From Patescibacteria group bacterium (GTDB lineage: Bacteria > Patescibacteriota > Patescibacteriia > 2-02-FULL-49-11), in assembly GCA_041645165.1 (NCBI GenBank), contig JBAZQN010000010.1, positions 102-64,101 of the forward strand: a stretch of DNA of 64,000 nucleotides, given 5' to 3'. Each line of letters starts with the position of its first letter. The first letter of the stretch is position 1. Shown in pieces: positions 36,537 to 44,984 of this stretch. The notes under the pieces were generated by a model. It was given only the letters and a program-made list of their open reading frames with translations. It did no database searches and was not told the DNA's origin. The position numbers and the translations under genes are program-made.

Positions 36537-39500
36537 TCACTGTTGGTACCCGCATGTTCCTCCCGTATCGCAATCATTATCCGTAATACATGGACGCGGA
36601 TTCCCCACAGGAGAGTTAGAACAATGCTTCGCGGTGATAATGGTATCTGGCCCGCCGCCGGTCTCATGGAGCCCCACGCATCCTGCTTCAGGATCAAGCT
36701 CGCCTTTGCAGTCGCTTAATTGGCTCTGGATTTTATCTTTCGGCACATAGAGGAAATCGCACGCAGACACCGAGCAGGTGCCACCGGGCCCTGGCGGGGT
36801 TGCCGTAGTGCTGCATTGCGCGTCCGTGGTACACGCAAACGCTCCGTCTTCGCTGCATGCTTTCTGCCCATACACGAGCGCCCTTGAACACCCCTCCGGC
36901 AGCCGCGGATCCTGATACTCGGTGCAGGTGGACACTTGCGGTTTGCAGCGCGCCACTGCGTTCGAGCAAAGGCCTTGGCTGCCCGGGCGGCTAAAATCCA
37001 TGCAGTCTGCGTCGCTCAAACAGCGGTTCTTCACTTTCGGATACGTCACGCCTCCTGATATCGCATCACGCACGGCTCTGCCGCCTATGCAAAATCCTAA
37101 CGGACGGCAGGTGCCGCCTTCAGGGCATTGCGTCGTCGCGTTCGTGCAACTCCGATACGGCGCGTTCGAACATACGCTTGTCACAGTAGGGCAAGGAGTG
37201 GAGGTGCCGAGCTGATACCACGTCGTGACAGTGCCCTCAGTCTCATACTCGCAGGTGTAGCCGGTCGGATCTTTGAATGAAGGAAAGGAGCTATTATCAG
37301 TCCTAGTCAATGTCGCACAATACTCTTCAGGGAGTGTGCAGAGACTCGTGATCTCCCCGATCTTACCGATCTCATCGCTGAACGTGTCAGGATCAACCAT
37401 GACAATAGTGTCGGCATACGTGCTGGTGGCCACTCCATTCGCGGAATTCCAAAACGCCACACTCGCCTGCCCCAGGAGCGTGCAGCCTGCCTGATTTGCA
37501 CTGCATGCCGCGTCTTGAGAAGGGATAAGGTAGGCAAGCGCATCAGCGGGCACGGTTACTATTGATGCAGGGCTATTGAAGCGATCCGTGGCATTGGAGT
37601 TATAGAACGTCTGCTCGGCTGGATTACTCGAATTCTGCGTGTCAATGAGCGCTTCGCATCCCACGAACCGTTCAGGGCACAGCGTAGAAAACTTCTTGAA
37701 ATAGTATGTCTTCTCTGTCCCTCCTTGACGGTACGCCGCGCAGTTGAGCTGGGCACCCGCTACCGTAGTTATGGGGGGAACTTGACTATTTTGATCGCAC
37801 GTCTCTGGCGTATACCAACTATCTTTAATCGCATACACCTGCGCGGTCTGCACTATTACATTATCAATATAGGTAGTGCTTCCTACCGTTATCCTCACTT
37901 GGGCAGGTGATGCGCTTGTTGCAGTAAATGGACCAAGCGTATACGACTTCCATGACGTGGTAACACTGTCCGCATAGGACGCAGGAGTGGCCACCGCTGC
38001 CTGCCCAGTGGAATCCACAAGCGAAGCGGAGATAGTGCTTGCAGAGTCAGCGCGCGCCCAGAATTTTACATTATAGAGCCTGCCTGTTTCCACGGAAAAC
38101 CCAGGCCGATACGCACTCGCGCTCCCCGCCGTACCTCCCGCCATTTTAAGTGAATGGTTATTGAGCACGGCAGCTTCATTGGAAATAGATAGCGCCGTTC
38201 CAGCAGCCGGGGACCATGGCTCATACGACCCGCTCTCAAAGGTATCAGAAAAAAGCTGCTGCACATTGCTGCCGTCGCCGCGGCGGTATTCGCGGCACCC
38301 CGCGGATGATGGCGCACATGTGGCACTATAATAGGGAATTGCTTGATACACACAGTGGCCATTTGCATCCGCTTCTCCCCGGTGTTGCGCGCACCAGCCG
38401 CCCGCATCTGGCAACGTGCGCCGCAGAGGGTGGCAATCGTCAGATGCTATAATCACTTTGGAGAAATAGCGATAGTAATAAGTAAGATTGCTATCAATGA
38501 ACTCTCGGCAGTCAAGATCAGGGTTGAGCGAGTTAAAGTCATTCTGGCAGTTGATGCCATCAGGGCTCCGCAAGGAATCTACTATTTTTGCTCCAGTGAC
38601 CGCGGGCTCGCTTGTCGCGCCTCCGCTCGGGATCAATGTCCACACCTTCAGCTGGAATCCAACCGTGTCAGACCCCTCCCAGGTGTAATAAGTTGCTTCG
38701 CCGCTCCCGGGAAGTTCGCATTGTTTCAATTCTGTATAATACTCCTTGCCTTCGCCGCCTTGGGCAACCTTGTCGAGATTGGTAAATTCATCGCACCCGG
38801 CGTCTTGCGCCGGGCATGAATGCGCAGTGGCGGGAATAAATTGGGCTACCGGAGCAGGAGGCATATTGGTGATAGGAATACCAGCTTCAAAATTCGTCTG
38901 CATTTGCTCATACTTCTTATATCCCACACATTCTGCCGGGCACTCATCATTCCAATTGCTCACCGTATTGGTTGCCGGAGCAATAGTAGCCATGGTCGGT
39001 TTTGCCGGAATGCCTATCTGCAGCTCGGTAGGATCAAGCGGGGTATAGAGGGCGCAACCCGCATACATACCCTCTTGGCCTACAGGTCCCATGCACGATT
39101 GCGCGGTATTATTAAGATAAACCGATTCTGCTTCTCGTGGAGCTCCTTGTTGCGGCGGCGTGGGCGTGCCGCGATACGTATCAGTAGGAGGATCCGAGGT
39201 TACATCTTGTAACACATCTGCATATTCTTGAGCGGTAAGTAAATGCTTTGCCTCATCCCTATGCCGAAGACGAATATAATCTTTGCACCCCACTGCATTC
39301 GGCTCTTTGCACGCGGCCTCTGCCATGGTAAGCGCTGATTGGTTCAGGAAATAATTATCCGGCGCAGCCACGCTGTCCACCCATCCGCCGGCATCCCTGC
39401 GTCTCGCGTACCTGCGGCACCCTTCAGACGCCACTCTCGTGCACCCTTGCGCATCCGTAGTATTGAGGAGAAAGCTTACGGTCTGATCTGATCCTGCCTT

Positions 39501-41561
39501 TTTAAGCTCTAGGCATGACGCATACTGCGCGGGGCACGACTCGCCCAAAGACCACACTTGCTTTTCCGTCGCGCAATACCCATACGCCAAGCACCCTGTA
39601 GCTCCCCCTTCCACGATGCAGGAGCGCTGATTCGTGCACACGTTCTCGCGGCTGATGGCAGGGGACGCGATATCAGGAGGGCAGAGAATCGTGCCGTTCC
39701 CGTTCGTGTCAGTGTCGCAGATGGGTAAAGTGGCGAGCGTTACCTTCAGGTCCGCTTCTCCCGGCCCTTCCCGCACGCACTTGGTAAGAGGCGCTTTCAG
39801 AATCCAATTGGGATCTACGAGCCTGCAATATGGAGACAAAAGCCCGCCATTTTGTCCGCACTTGTCATGCGCGTCGAGAAGTTCGCCTAATGTCACGCGC
39901 GTTTGCGCAAAATTCTTGATATAGAGCGCAGCAAGCTCCCAGCCTACGGGCACGATGCGGTACTTGCGCAAAATCACGATGGAACGGTAAGGGATTCCTG
40001 ATTGCCAGTCCGGTTGCGAACCGCCTTGTTCAAAACCAAAGGTAAGATTGCGGGAAAGAAGCCCTTGGCACTTGGGACAGCCCCCTGTCCCTACAGGCTC
40101 CACTGCTTCTCGCACTGACAAATGGGGATTCACGTCAATCGCCAACCTGAACAGTTCCGAAATCACGCGGTTCTCCGGGCCAGTGGTATTGGATGAAAGC
40201 TCCGAGAGCAGATCCACCGCGCTGTCAGTCGTGAAATCTGTCTTCATAATTTCGGCAAATGCGAGCTGCGCGCCCGCGGTAAATCCAATGAGGCCGCTTG
40301 AAGGGCCGTAACTTGACAAAGACCGGTCAGTCGCAGGATTGAATCCGCCGCTGGTAATGCGCTTGAATAGTTTGCTTACTAAAGTGTTCGTGAACACCTT
40401 AAATGCATCAGCGACCGCGTCGCCGGTGAAGAGGAGCATAGGACCATATGGCTTCTTAGTGAGCGCCTCTCTGGTCGACTCGGATACTAGTGTCGTCGGC
40501 GTCTTGAGCTCACCTGTTATTAAATCTTTCACTGGATTAAATCCTTCCCCCTCTTTCCGTTCTAGCTCCTTCGCCGTACGCGCTTTCGTCTGCGCGCTAT
40601 ACCCTTCTGCCACGATGGAGAGCACCGCGCCGATGTCATTCTCCGCAGGATTGAAGTATGTGGCAAACTTGGGCAGGTCTTTGAGCTTCAACTGCTTATA
40701 GTCAGTGCGGAAAATATCCAAACCATTGATGCGCACTGATGTCCGCGGCAGATTTTTCCTGATCTGGCTAAAGGTGCACAAAGGTTTTGAAGGCGCCAGG
40801 ATTTCACGCGCGGTAAGTTTTATTTTCGCTTCAATGTCTACGGATATGGGAGAGCAGAGGGTAAGCTTCTGATGGAGCGTACCGCGGAGTTTAGCTTTAC
40901 TCGCATTACTTTTATCACGCGCAGCCTGCGTCTTTTTATTTTTTATCTGACATTGCATGAGTTTTTCTGCCACTGCCTCGTATTCAGAACTACCAAAGCT
41001 AAGACATAAACCATCACCCTGTAATTCGCTACAACCAGCATTCCCTTGCTCATCAATTTTCCATTTTCCTTGGCAACAGTACTTCGCACACTCCTCTGGC
41101 ATTTCTGGCTTAGTAAGCTCATCAATCGCCACATCAACGCCAGTGGTTAAAAATATTCCCAACGCTTCGTCTTTCGCATCGTCCAAATACTTCTTCCACC
41201 CTTGAGTGATGAACGCGGGCTTCTGGCCTTGCCCTCCGCTTCCTAAATAGCTAGCATAGTCGTAGGCCACCTTATTCAAAAAATACTGCAAACCGCTTTT
41301 ATACGCCACCGCCACTACGGTCTTCAAGGCTTTGTCAATAACTCTCCAGATTGTATCCAAAATAGTCTTCTTTTCTTGAGCGACATCTACTACGACAGCC
41401 TGTGCATTGACATAAGGGATATGTAAAAAAGGAACGACAGCAAAACTCATCGTCACACACAGGAGGGCAATAATCGCGAACCATTTACGACGAGCCACCG
41501 TTCGTTCAATCTTGCAGATTGAACGATTGTTTTTATCGTCGAACAAACCGGTAGTGCTCAT
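36537..41561 (-). CDS. Giant (1674-aa) Cys-rich secreted or surface protein
   Basis: Signal/TM segment WFAIIALLCVTMSFAVVPFL. Cys-rich throughout. The N-terminal 20 codons are translation of a REP unit. Confidence 0.6.
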   Translation of the reverse strand: MSTTGLFDDKNNRSICKIERTVARRKWFAIIALLCVTMSFAVVPFLHIPYVNAQAVVVDVAQEKKTILDTIWRVIDKALKTVVAVAYKSGLQYFLNKVAYDYASYLGSGGQGQKPAFITQGWKKYLDDAKDEALGIFLTTGVDVAIDELTKPEMPEECAKYCCQGKWKIDEQGNAGCSELQGDGLCLSFGSSEYEAVAEKLMQCQIKNKKTQAARDKSNASKAKLRGTLHQKLTLCSPISVDIEAKIKLTAREILAPSKPLCTFSQIRKNLPRTSVRINGLDIFRTDYKQLKLKDLPKFATYFNPAENDIGAVLSIVAEGYSAQTKARTAKELERKEGEGFNPVKDLITGELKTPTTLVSESTREALTKKPYGPMLLFTGDAVADAFKVFTNTLVSKLFKRITSGGFNPATDRSLSSYGPSSGLIGFTAGAQLAFAEIMKTDFTTDSAVDLLSELSSNTTGPENRVISELFRLAIDVNPHLSVREAVEPVGTGGCPKCQGLLSRNLTFGFEQGGSQPDWQSGIPYRSIVILRKYRIVPVGWELAALYIKNFAQTRVTLGELLDAHDKCGQNGGLLSPYCRLVDPNWILKAPLTKCVREGPGEADLKVTLATLPICDTDTNGNGTILCPPDIASPAISRENVCTNQRSCIVEGGATGCLAYGYCATEKQVWSLGESCPAQYASCLELKKAGSDQTVSFLLNTTDAQGCTRVASEGCRRYARRRDAGGWVDSVAAPDNYFLNQSALTMAEAACKEPNAVGCKDYIRLRHRDEAKHLLTAQEYADVLQDVTSDPPTDTYRGTPTPPQQGAPREAESVYLNNTAQSCMGPVGQEGMYAGCALYTPLDPTELQIGIPAKPTMATIAPATNTVSNWNDECPAECVGYKKYEQMQTNFEAGIPITNMPPAPVAQFIPATAHSCPAQDAGCDEFTNLDKVAQGGEGKEYYTELKQCELPGSGEATYYTWEGSDTVGFQLKVWTLIPSGGATSEPAVTGAKIVDSLRSPDGINCQNDFNSLNPDLDCREFIDSNLTYYYRYFSKVIIASDDCHPLRRTLPDAGGWCAQHRGEADANGHCVYQAIPYYSATCAPSSAGCREYRRGDGSNVQQLFSDTFESGSYEPWSPAAGTALSISNEAAVLNNHSLKMAGGTAGSASAYRPGFSVETGRLYNVKFWARADSASTISASLVDSTGQAAVATPASYADSVTTSWKSYTLGPFTATSASPAQVRITVGSTTYIDNVIVQTAQVYAIKDSWYTPETCDQNSQVPPITTVAGAQLNCAAYRQGGTEKTYYFKKFSTLCPERFVGCEALIDTQNSSNPAEQTFYNSNATDRFNSPASIVTVPADALAYLIPSQDAACSANQAGCTLLGQASVAFWNSANGVATSTYADTIVMVDPDTFSDEIGKIGEITSLCTLPEEYCATLTRTDNSSFPSFKDPTGYTCEYETEGTVTTWYQLGTSTPCPTVTSVCSNAPYRSCTNATTQCPEGGTCRPLGFCIGGRAVRDAISGGVTYPKVKNRCLSDADCMDFSRPGSQGLCSNAVARCKPQVSTCTEYQDPRLPEGCSRALVYGQKACSEDGAFACTTDAQCSTTATPPGPGGTCSVSACDFLYVPKDKIQSQLSDCKGELDPEAGCVGLHETGGGPDTIITAKHCSNSPVGNPRPCITDNDCDTGGTCGYQQ
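41497..41561. repeat. REP unit at the 5' end of the giant gene
   Basis: CGTTCGTTCAATCTTGCAGATTGAACGATTGTTTTTATCGTCGAACAAACCGGTAGTGCTCAT. Confidence 0.7.
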
Positions 41562-41652
41562 AAAATCAAAACTGGATATTTAGATTATGCAACTGAACAA
41601 AATCTTGACGTCAGTGGAACAGGCATGCCTGTTCCCTACGATCACTTGGTTC

Positions 41653-41673
41653 GTTCAATCTTGCAGATTGAAC
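41653..41673. repeat. REP hairpin (loop TGC) flanking the RAYT gene
   Basis: GTTCAATCTTGCAGATTGAAC. Confidence 0.75.
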
Positions 41674-41693
41674 CATTGATTTGAAGGACGAAA

Positions 41694-42191
41694 TTAAACA
41701 GGAGTAACCACGATCCTCGTCGGATACCTGCTTGCCGACGACCACCGCCAATCTTCTGGCGCATACACGTATCCTTTGCGCACGGGATTGTTATGAATAT
41801 ACTGCATCTTCTGTCTTAAAAATTCCTCTGACTCAACGAGTTCCGGATAATTTCCGCTCTGCCAGAACTGATATCCTCGCTCGGCCGCGAATATCCTCAA
41901 TACACTCGGTTCGGTTGCGATAATGTTCTTCTGCAATTCTTTCGATAAAAACGTCTTCATGTCCCTGATCACGCCGATGAGATCGCGGGCTGAACCGATG
42001 AAATGAAGGTGATTGAGCATAAAGACGAACGCGTAGATTCTTAATTGTTTCTGCTTTTGGCAATATACGAAACTATCTTCTAAGATTTCAAAGCGATGAT
42101 GGCGGTCAAAGATATAATACCAGTTTTTAACGGTAAACGTCATGAAGTAGACGCCGTCCTTTCCTGCTCTCGGTATTCGTACTGATGGCAT
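41694..42191 (-). CDS. REP-associated tyrosine transposase (RAYT; IS200/IS605 TnpA-like Y1 HUH enzyme)
   Basis: HUH motif NHLHFI. C-terminal YIHNNPVRKGYVYAPEDWRWSS. Flanked by inverted REP hairpins. Confidence 0.7.
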   Translation of the reverse strand: MPSVRIPRAGKDGVYFMTFTVKNWYYIFDRHHRFEILEDSFVYCQKQKQLRIYAFVFMLNHLHFIGSARDLIGVIRDMKTFLSKELQKNIIATEPSVLRIFAAERGYQFWQSGNYPELVESEEFLRQKMQYIHNNPVRKGYVYAPEDWRWSSASRYPTRIVVTPV

Positions 42192-42217
42192 ACTTCATAC
42201 CGCTCATTAAACGGGTG

Positions 42218-42275
42218 GTTCAATCTGCAAGATTGAACCAACGTAATACTATCTGCGTTCTTCTGCTTCTACTAG
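42218..42275. repeat. REP hairpin (loop GCA, inverted relative to 41653) plus ATCTGCG/TCTGCTTC repeats
   Basis: GTTCAATCTGCAAGATTGAACCAACGTAATACTATCTGCGTTCTTCTGCTTC. Confidence 0.75.
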
Positions 42276-42277
42276 AG

Positions 42278-42958
42278 TTAAGGTTGTGGTTGCTGCTGCA
42301 CGGTCTGTTCCTGTTCTTTGAGCGTATCCTGATACATCTGCATTAAAGTAGCGTCGTCAATCTGTTTGAGCTGGTCTTCTGTCACCTGCCCAGTAGCCAA
42401 AAGGAGCGTCCTCAACTCTTGGGGCGTCATTTTTGAAAGGTCAGGAGGAGGCGCCGCAGTTTCATTTCCCTGTGCAGGGGGAATAAGTTCATTGAATTGC
42501 GGCGTGGAACCTACGGGCGCAGGCTGGCCTGCCTGCGCAGGCAGGCCTGTGCGGCATTCCGTGCCTTTCGGGCAATTGGGATCGTTATTCGAATCAATTT
42601 CAACCTTGTCGGTATACGTATCGCCGTCAGAATCTTTCAAGTAAGGCGAAGTGCCGTACACATTCAGTTCATCATAATCAGAAAGCCCGTCGCTGTCAGT
42701 GTCTTTCGTCTTTAGTTCCTCATTATTCGTTGAAAACTGGGCAGTTACCTGTGGCGCGCTCACAGCGCCGAATTGATTCTCTTGGCCTGCCTGCGCAGGC
42801 GGGCCTCCAGAAAGCCGCAGATCGCGCCAAATCTTAAATCCTCCCACGCCAAGGGCAAGAAACCCAAAAAATAAAATAGACCCAAATAGCACTTTTGGGT
42901 TCATTCCTTTTGATTCCACTTCTTCGCTTTTATTTTGTGGCAAAGATGAGTCAGGCAT
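42278..42958 (-). CDS. Membrane-anchored protein with thrombospondin-type-3/dockerin-like calcium-binding aspartate repeats
   Basis: DTDSDGLSDYDE..DSDGDTYTD. N-terminal TM helix. GLPAQAGQ occurs twice. Confidence 0.45.
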   Translation of the reverse strand: MPDSSLPQNKSEEVESKGMNPKVLFGSILFFGFLALGVGGFKIWRDLRLSGGPPAQAGQENQFGAVSAPQVTAQFSTNNEELKTKDTDSDGLSDYDELNVYGTSPYLKDSDGDTYTDKVEIDSNNDPNCPKGTECRTGLPAQAGQPAPVGSTPQFNELIPPAQGNETAAPPPDLSKMTPQELRTLLLATGQVTEDQLKQIDDATLMQMYQDTLKEQEQTVQQQPQP

Positions 42959-43045
42959 CTATTGTATTTTATCTTGCATTTTAACGAATAGAGAAGAGGA
43001 AAAGGCTGATAACAATATAGCATAAAATTACATTCTTGTCAAAAT

Positions 43046-43903
43046 TCATATTTCACCATATTTTGAACGAAAAAGCGCTATCCAATCGTCTATATCTAGC
43101 TCTCCCGGACGCCTCTCTATTAACGCAGATAAACGCGGATTAAGACGCGGATTAACGCAGATATCGTTATCGTGAGGTAACGATAACGTGGTATGAATCT
43201 TACGCCGGGGAAAACGGAATGCAGGTTTGATGAAGCTGAAAAACGTTTCACTCTTGATATTTCCTCGCCGCTCGGCCGCTTGAGCGTCGCGAAGATCAAT
43301 CCGCACCAATGCGCTCTCAACCGCCGGCTGGGGCCAAAACGCAGAACGAGGAATAATCCTTAAAATTTCAACCTTGCCATACCATTGCACAATCACCGAA
43401 AGGAGAGACATATGCGGCGGACGTGCGTAAATCCTCTCTGCAACTTCTTTCTGAATAATGAGCACCATACGCTTCGGCAGATGATCATCCCGCAAAATGT
43501 AAGAAAAAAAATCAGAAGTAATGGAATAGGGAAGGCTTGCGACGACCACGAAATCCGACCACTGATGAACTGATGAACTGATGAACTGAATCGCATCTCC
43601 CTCAACAATCTCAACATTCTTCATTGAGCGGCGCTTGCACTCTTCTCGCAAAAATTTCACTAACTTCGACTCAATCTCTATCGCAGTCACGCGTCCTGCC
43701 GCGCCCGCAAGCGCAAATGTCAGCGCGCCGAATCCAGGACCGATCTCGTACACTGCATCAGCTGGCGTAATGCCCGCCGCCGCCACGGCGTCTTTCACCA
43801 CGCTCTCGTCAATTAAAAAATTCTGGCCGCGGTCTTTTGTCGGCCTGATGCGGTATTGCTCGCACAAAGATTTTAATTCGGGAACAGAAAGGAGAGAAGA
43901 CAT
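43046..43903 (-). CDS. rsmA: 16S rRNA (adenine1518/1519-N6)-dimethyltransferase
   Basis: RGQNFLID. VYEIGPGFGALT. Contains an in-frame 9-bp x3.5 tandem repeat (CTGATGAAC) at 43556-43590. Confidence 0.8.
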   Translation of the reverse strand: MSSLLSVPELKSLCEQYRIRPTKDRGQNFLIDESVVKDAVAAAGITPADAVYEIGPGFGALTFALAGAAGRVTAIEIESKLVKFLREECKRRSMKNVEIVEGDAIQFISSSVHQWSDFVVVASLPYSITSDFFSYILRDDHLPKRMVLIIQKEVAERIYARPPHMSLLSVIVQWYGKVEILRIIPRSAFWPQPAVESALVRIDLRDAQAAERRGNIKSETFFSFIKPAFRFPRRKIHTTLSLPHDNDICVNPRLNPRLSALIERRPGELDIDDWIALFRSKYGEI

Positions 43904-43920
43904 TAGAAAAAATTTTCAAT

Positions 43921-44028
43921 TTCTCCCGCTTAGGCGGGATCCCGCTGACATTTAAAGAAAATGATCAAAGAGCGGGACAATTCTCAATTTTTCCCGCTTG
44001 GCGGGATCCCGCTGTGGCGGGACATTCA
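43921..44028. repeat. Two tandem CGGGATCCCG-core repeat units
   Basis: TTCTCCCGCTTAGGCGGGATCCCGCTGACA...AGCGGGACAA, then TTTCCCGCTTGGCGGGATCCCGCTGTGGCGGGACA. Confidence 0.6.
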
Positions 44029-44093
44029 ATGACTCAATGATGCAAATGATTGAAAATTGAAACATTGAAAATTATTTGAAAATTGTAAATTGG

Positions 44094-44822
44094 TCATTGA
44101 ACATTTAGTCTGAGTGACCCTACTCGCAATACCCTCACTGAACCATCAGTATTTACTTGAACGACAGTTGAAGGCTTCCTCCTCAGCAGTGTTCCCCCAT
44201 CAATGACGAGGTCTGGTTTAAATTTTTTTCCGCTGAATGCGCGCACTGTCGCTGATGCGCTATAGAGCGCTTGCGTGCCGGAAACATTCGCGCTTGTGGC
44301 GATGAGGGGTTTGTCTAATCCACAAACGAGCTTGTGGGCGATTGGGTGCGGCGAGATGCGGAGGGAGAGTGTAGGGATAGATCTCGGTTCACTATTCACC
44401 GTCATCCCGGGCTTGACCCGGGATCCAGAAACAAAAACAAACAAACCCGCGCGATTTTTGTTTTTTCTTGTCTGGATTCCCGCCTGCGCGGGAATGACAG
44501 TTGTTTGAACGTATGAAGATGCGCGTTTCAACGGCAACACCAAAGATAACGGCCCCGGCCAATAGTGCCGTGCGAGCCGACGGGCAACAGGAGAAAATAC
44601 TACGTAACGCTCTGCCATTGACCTTGAAGCAACGATGACTGACAGCGGCTTTCCCTGCGGCCTTTGTTTGATGCGCCTTACTTTCATATGAACCTTCGGG
44701 TTCGTCCAATCACCGCCCAGACCATACGAAGTTTCGGTGGGAAAGGCCACCACGCCACCCTCACGGAGCACTCTTAATGCCACGCGAAGTAGTATCGGGT
44801 CATTAACTGAAATTACCTTCAT
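44094..44822 (-). CDS. tsaC: L-threonylcarbamoyladenylate synthase (TsaC/YrdC) interrupted in frame by a ~98-bp hairpin-bounded mini-element
   Basis: PTETSYGLG. HYWPGPLSLVLP. ATSANVSG. Inserted segment TTVIPAQAGIQTRKNKNRAGLFVFVSGSRVKPGMTV is encoded by the element at 44401-44498. Confidence 0.75.
   Translation of the reverse strand: MKVISVNDPILLRVALRVLREGGVVAFPTETSYGLGGDWTNPKVHMKVRRIKQRPQGKPLSVIVASRSMAERYVVFSPVARRLARHYWPGPLSLVLPLKRASSYVQTTVIPAQAGIQTRKNKNRAGLFVFVSGSRVKPGMTVNSEPRSIPTLSLRISPHPIAHKLVCGLDKPLIATSANVSGTQALYSASATVRAFSGKKFKPDLVIDGGTLLRRKPSTVVQVNTDGSVRVLRVGSLRLNVQ
44401..44498. mobile_element. ORF-less hairpin-bounded mini-element inserted in frame in tsaC
   Basis: GTCATCCCGGGCTTGACCCGGGATCCAGAAAC...TCTGGATTCCCGCCTGCGCGGGAATGAC. 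Confidence 0.65.
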
Positions 44823-44984
44823 ACGCTAAGCGCGGTGGAAATCCCAATACCCAAACCCCAATGACCAATTAAATCCCAATTACCAATACCAAAATTGAGC
44901 ATTAGGGAATTTGAGCATTGATTGAGCATTGGACATTGGAAATTGGTCATTAATTTGACATTTGAAATTTGTCATTGAGATTTC

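Noticed and set aside
44275-44516. Small + strand ORFs across the mini-element inside tsaC
   Set aside because: They are translations of the palindromic repeat. The minus-strand tsaC frame is continuous and conserved on both sides.
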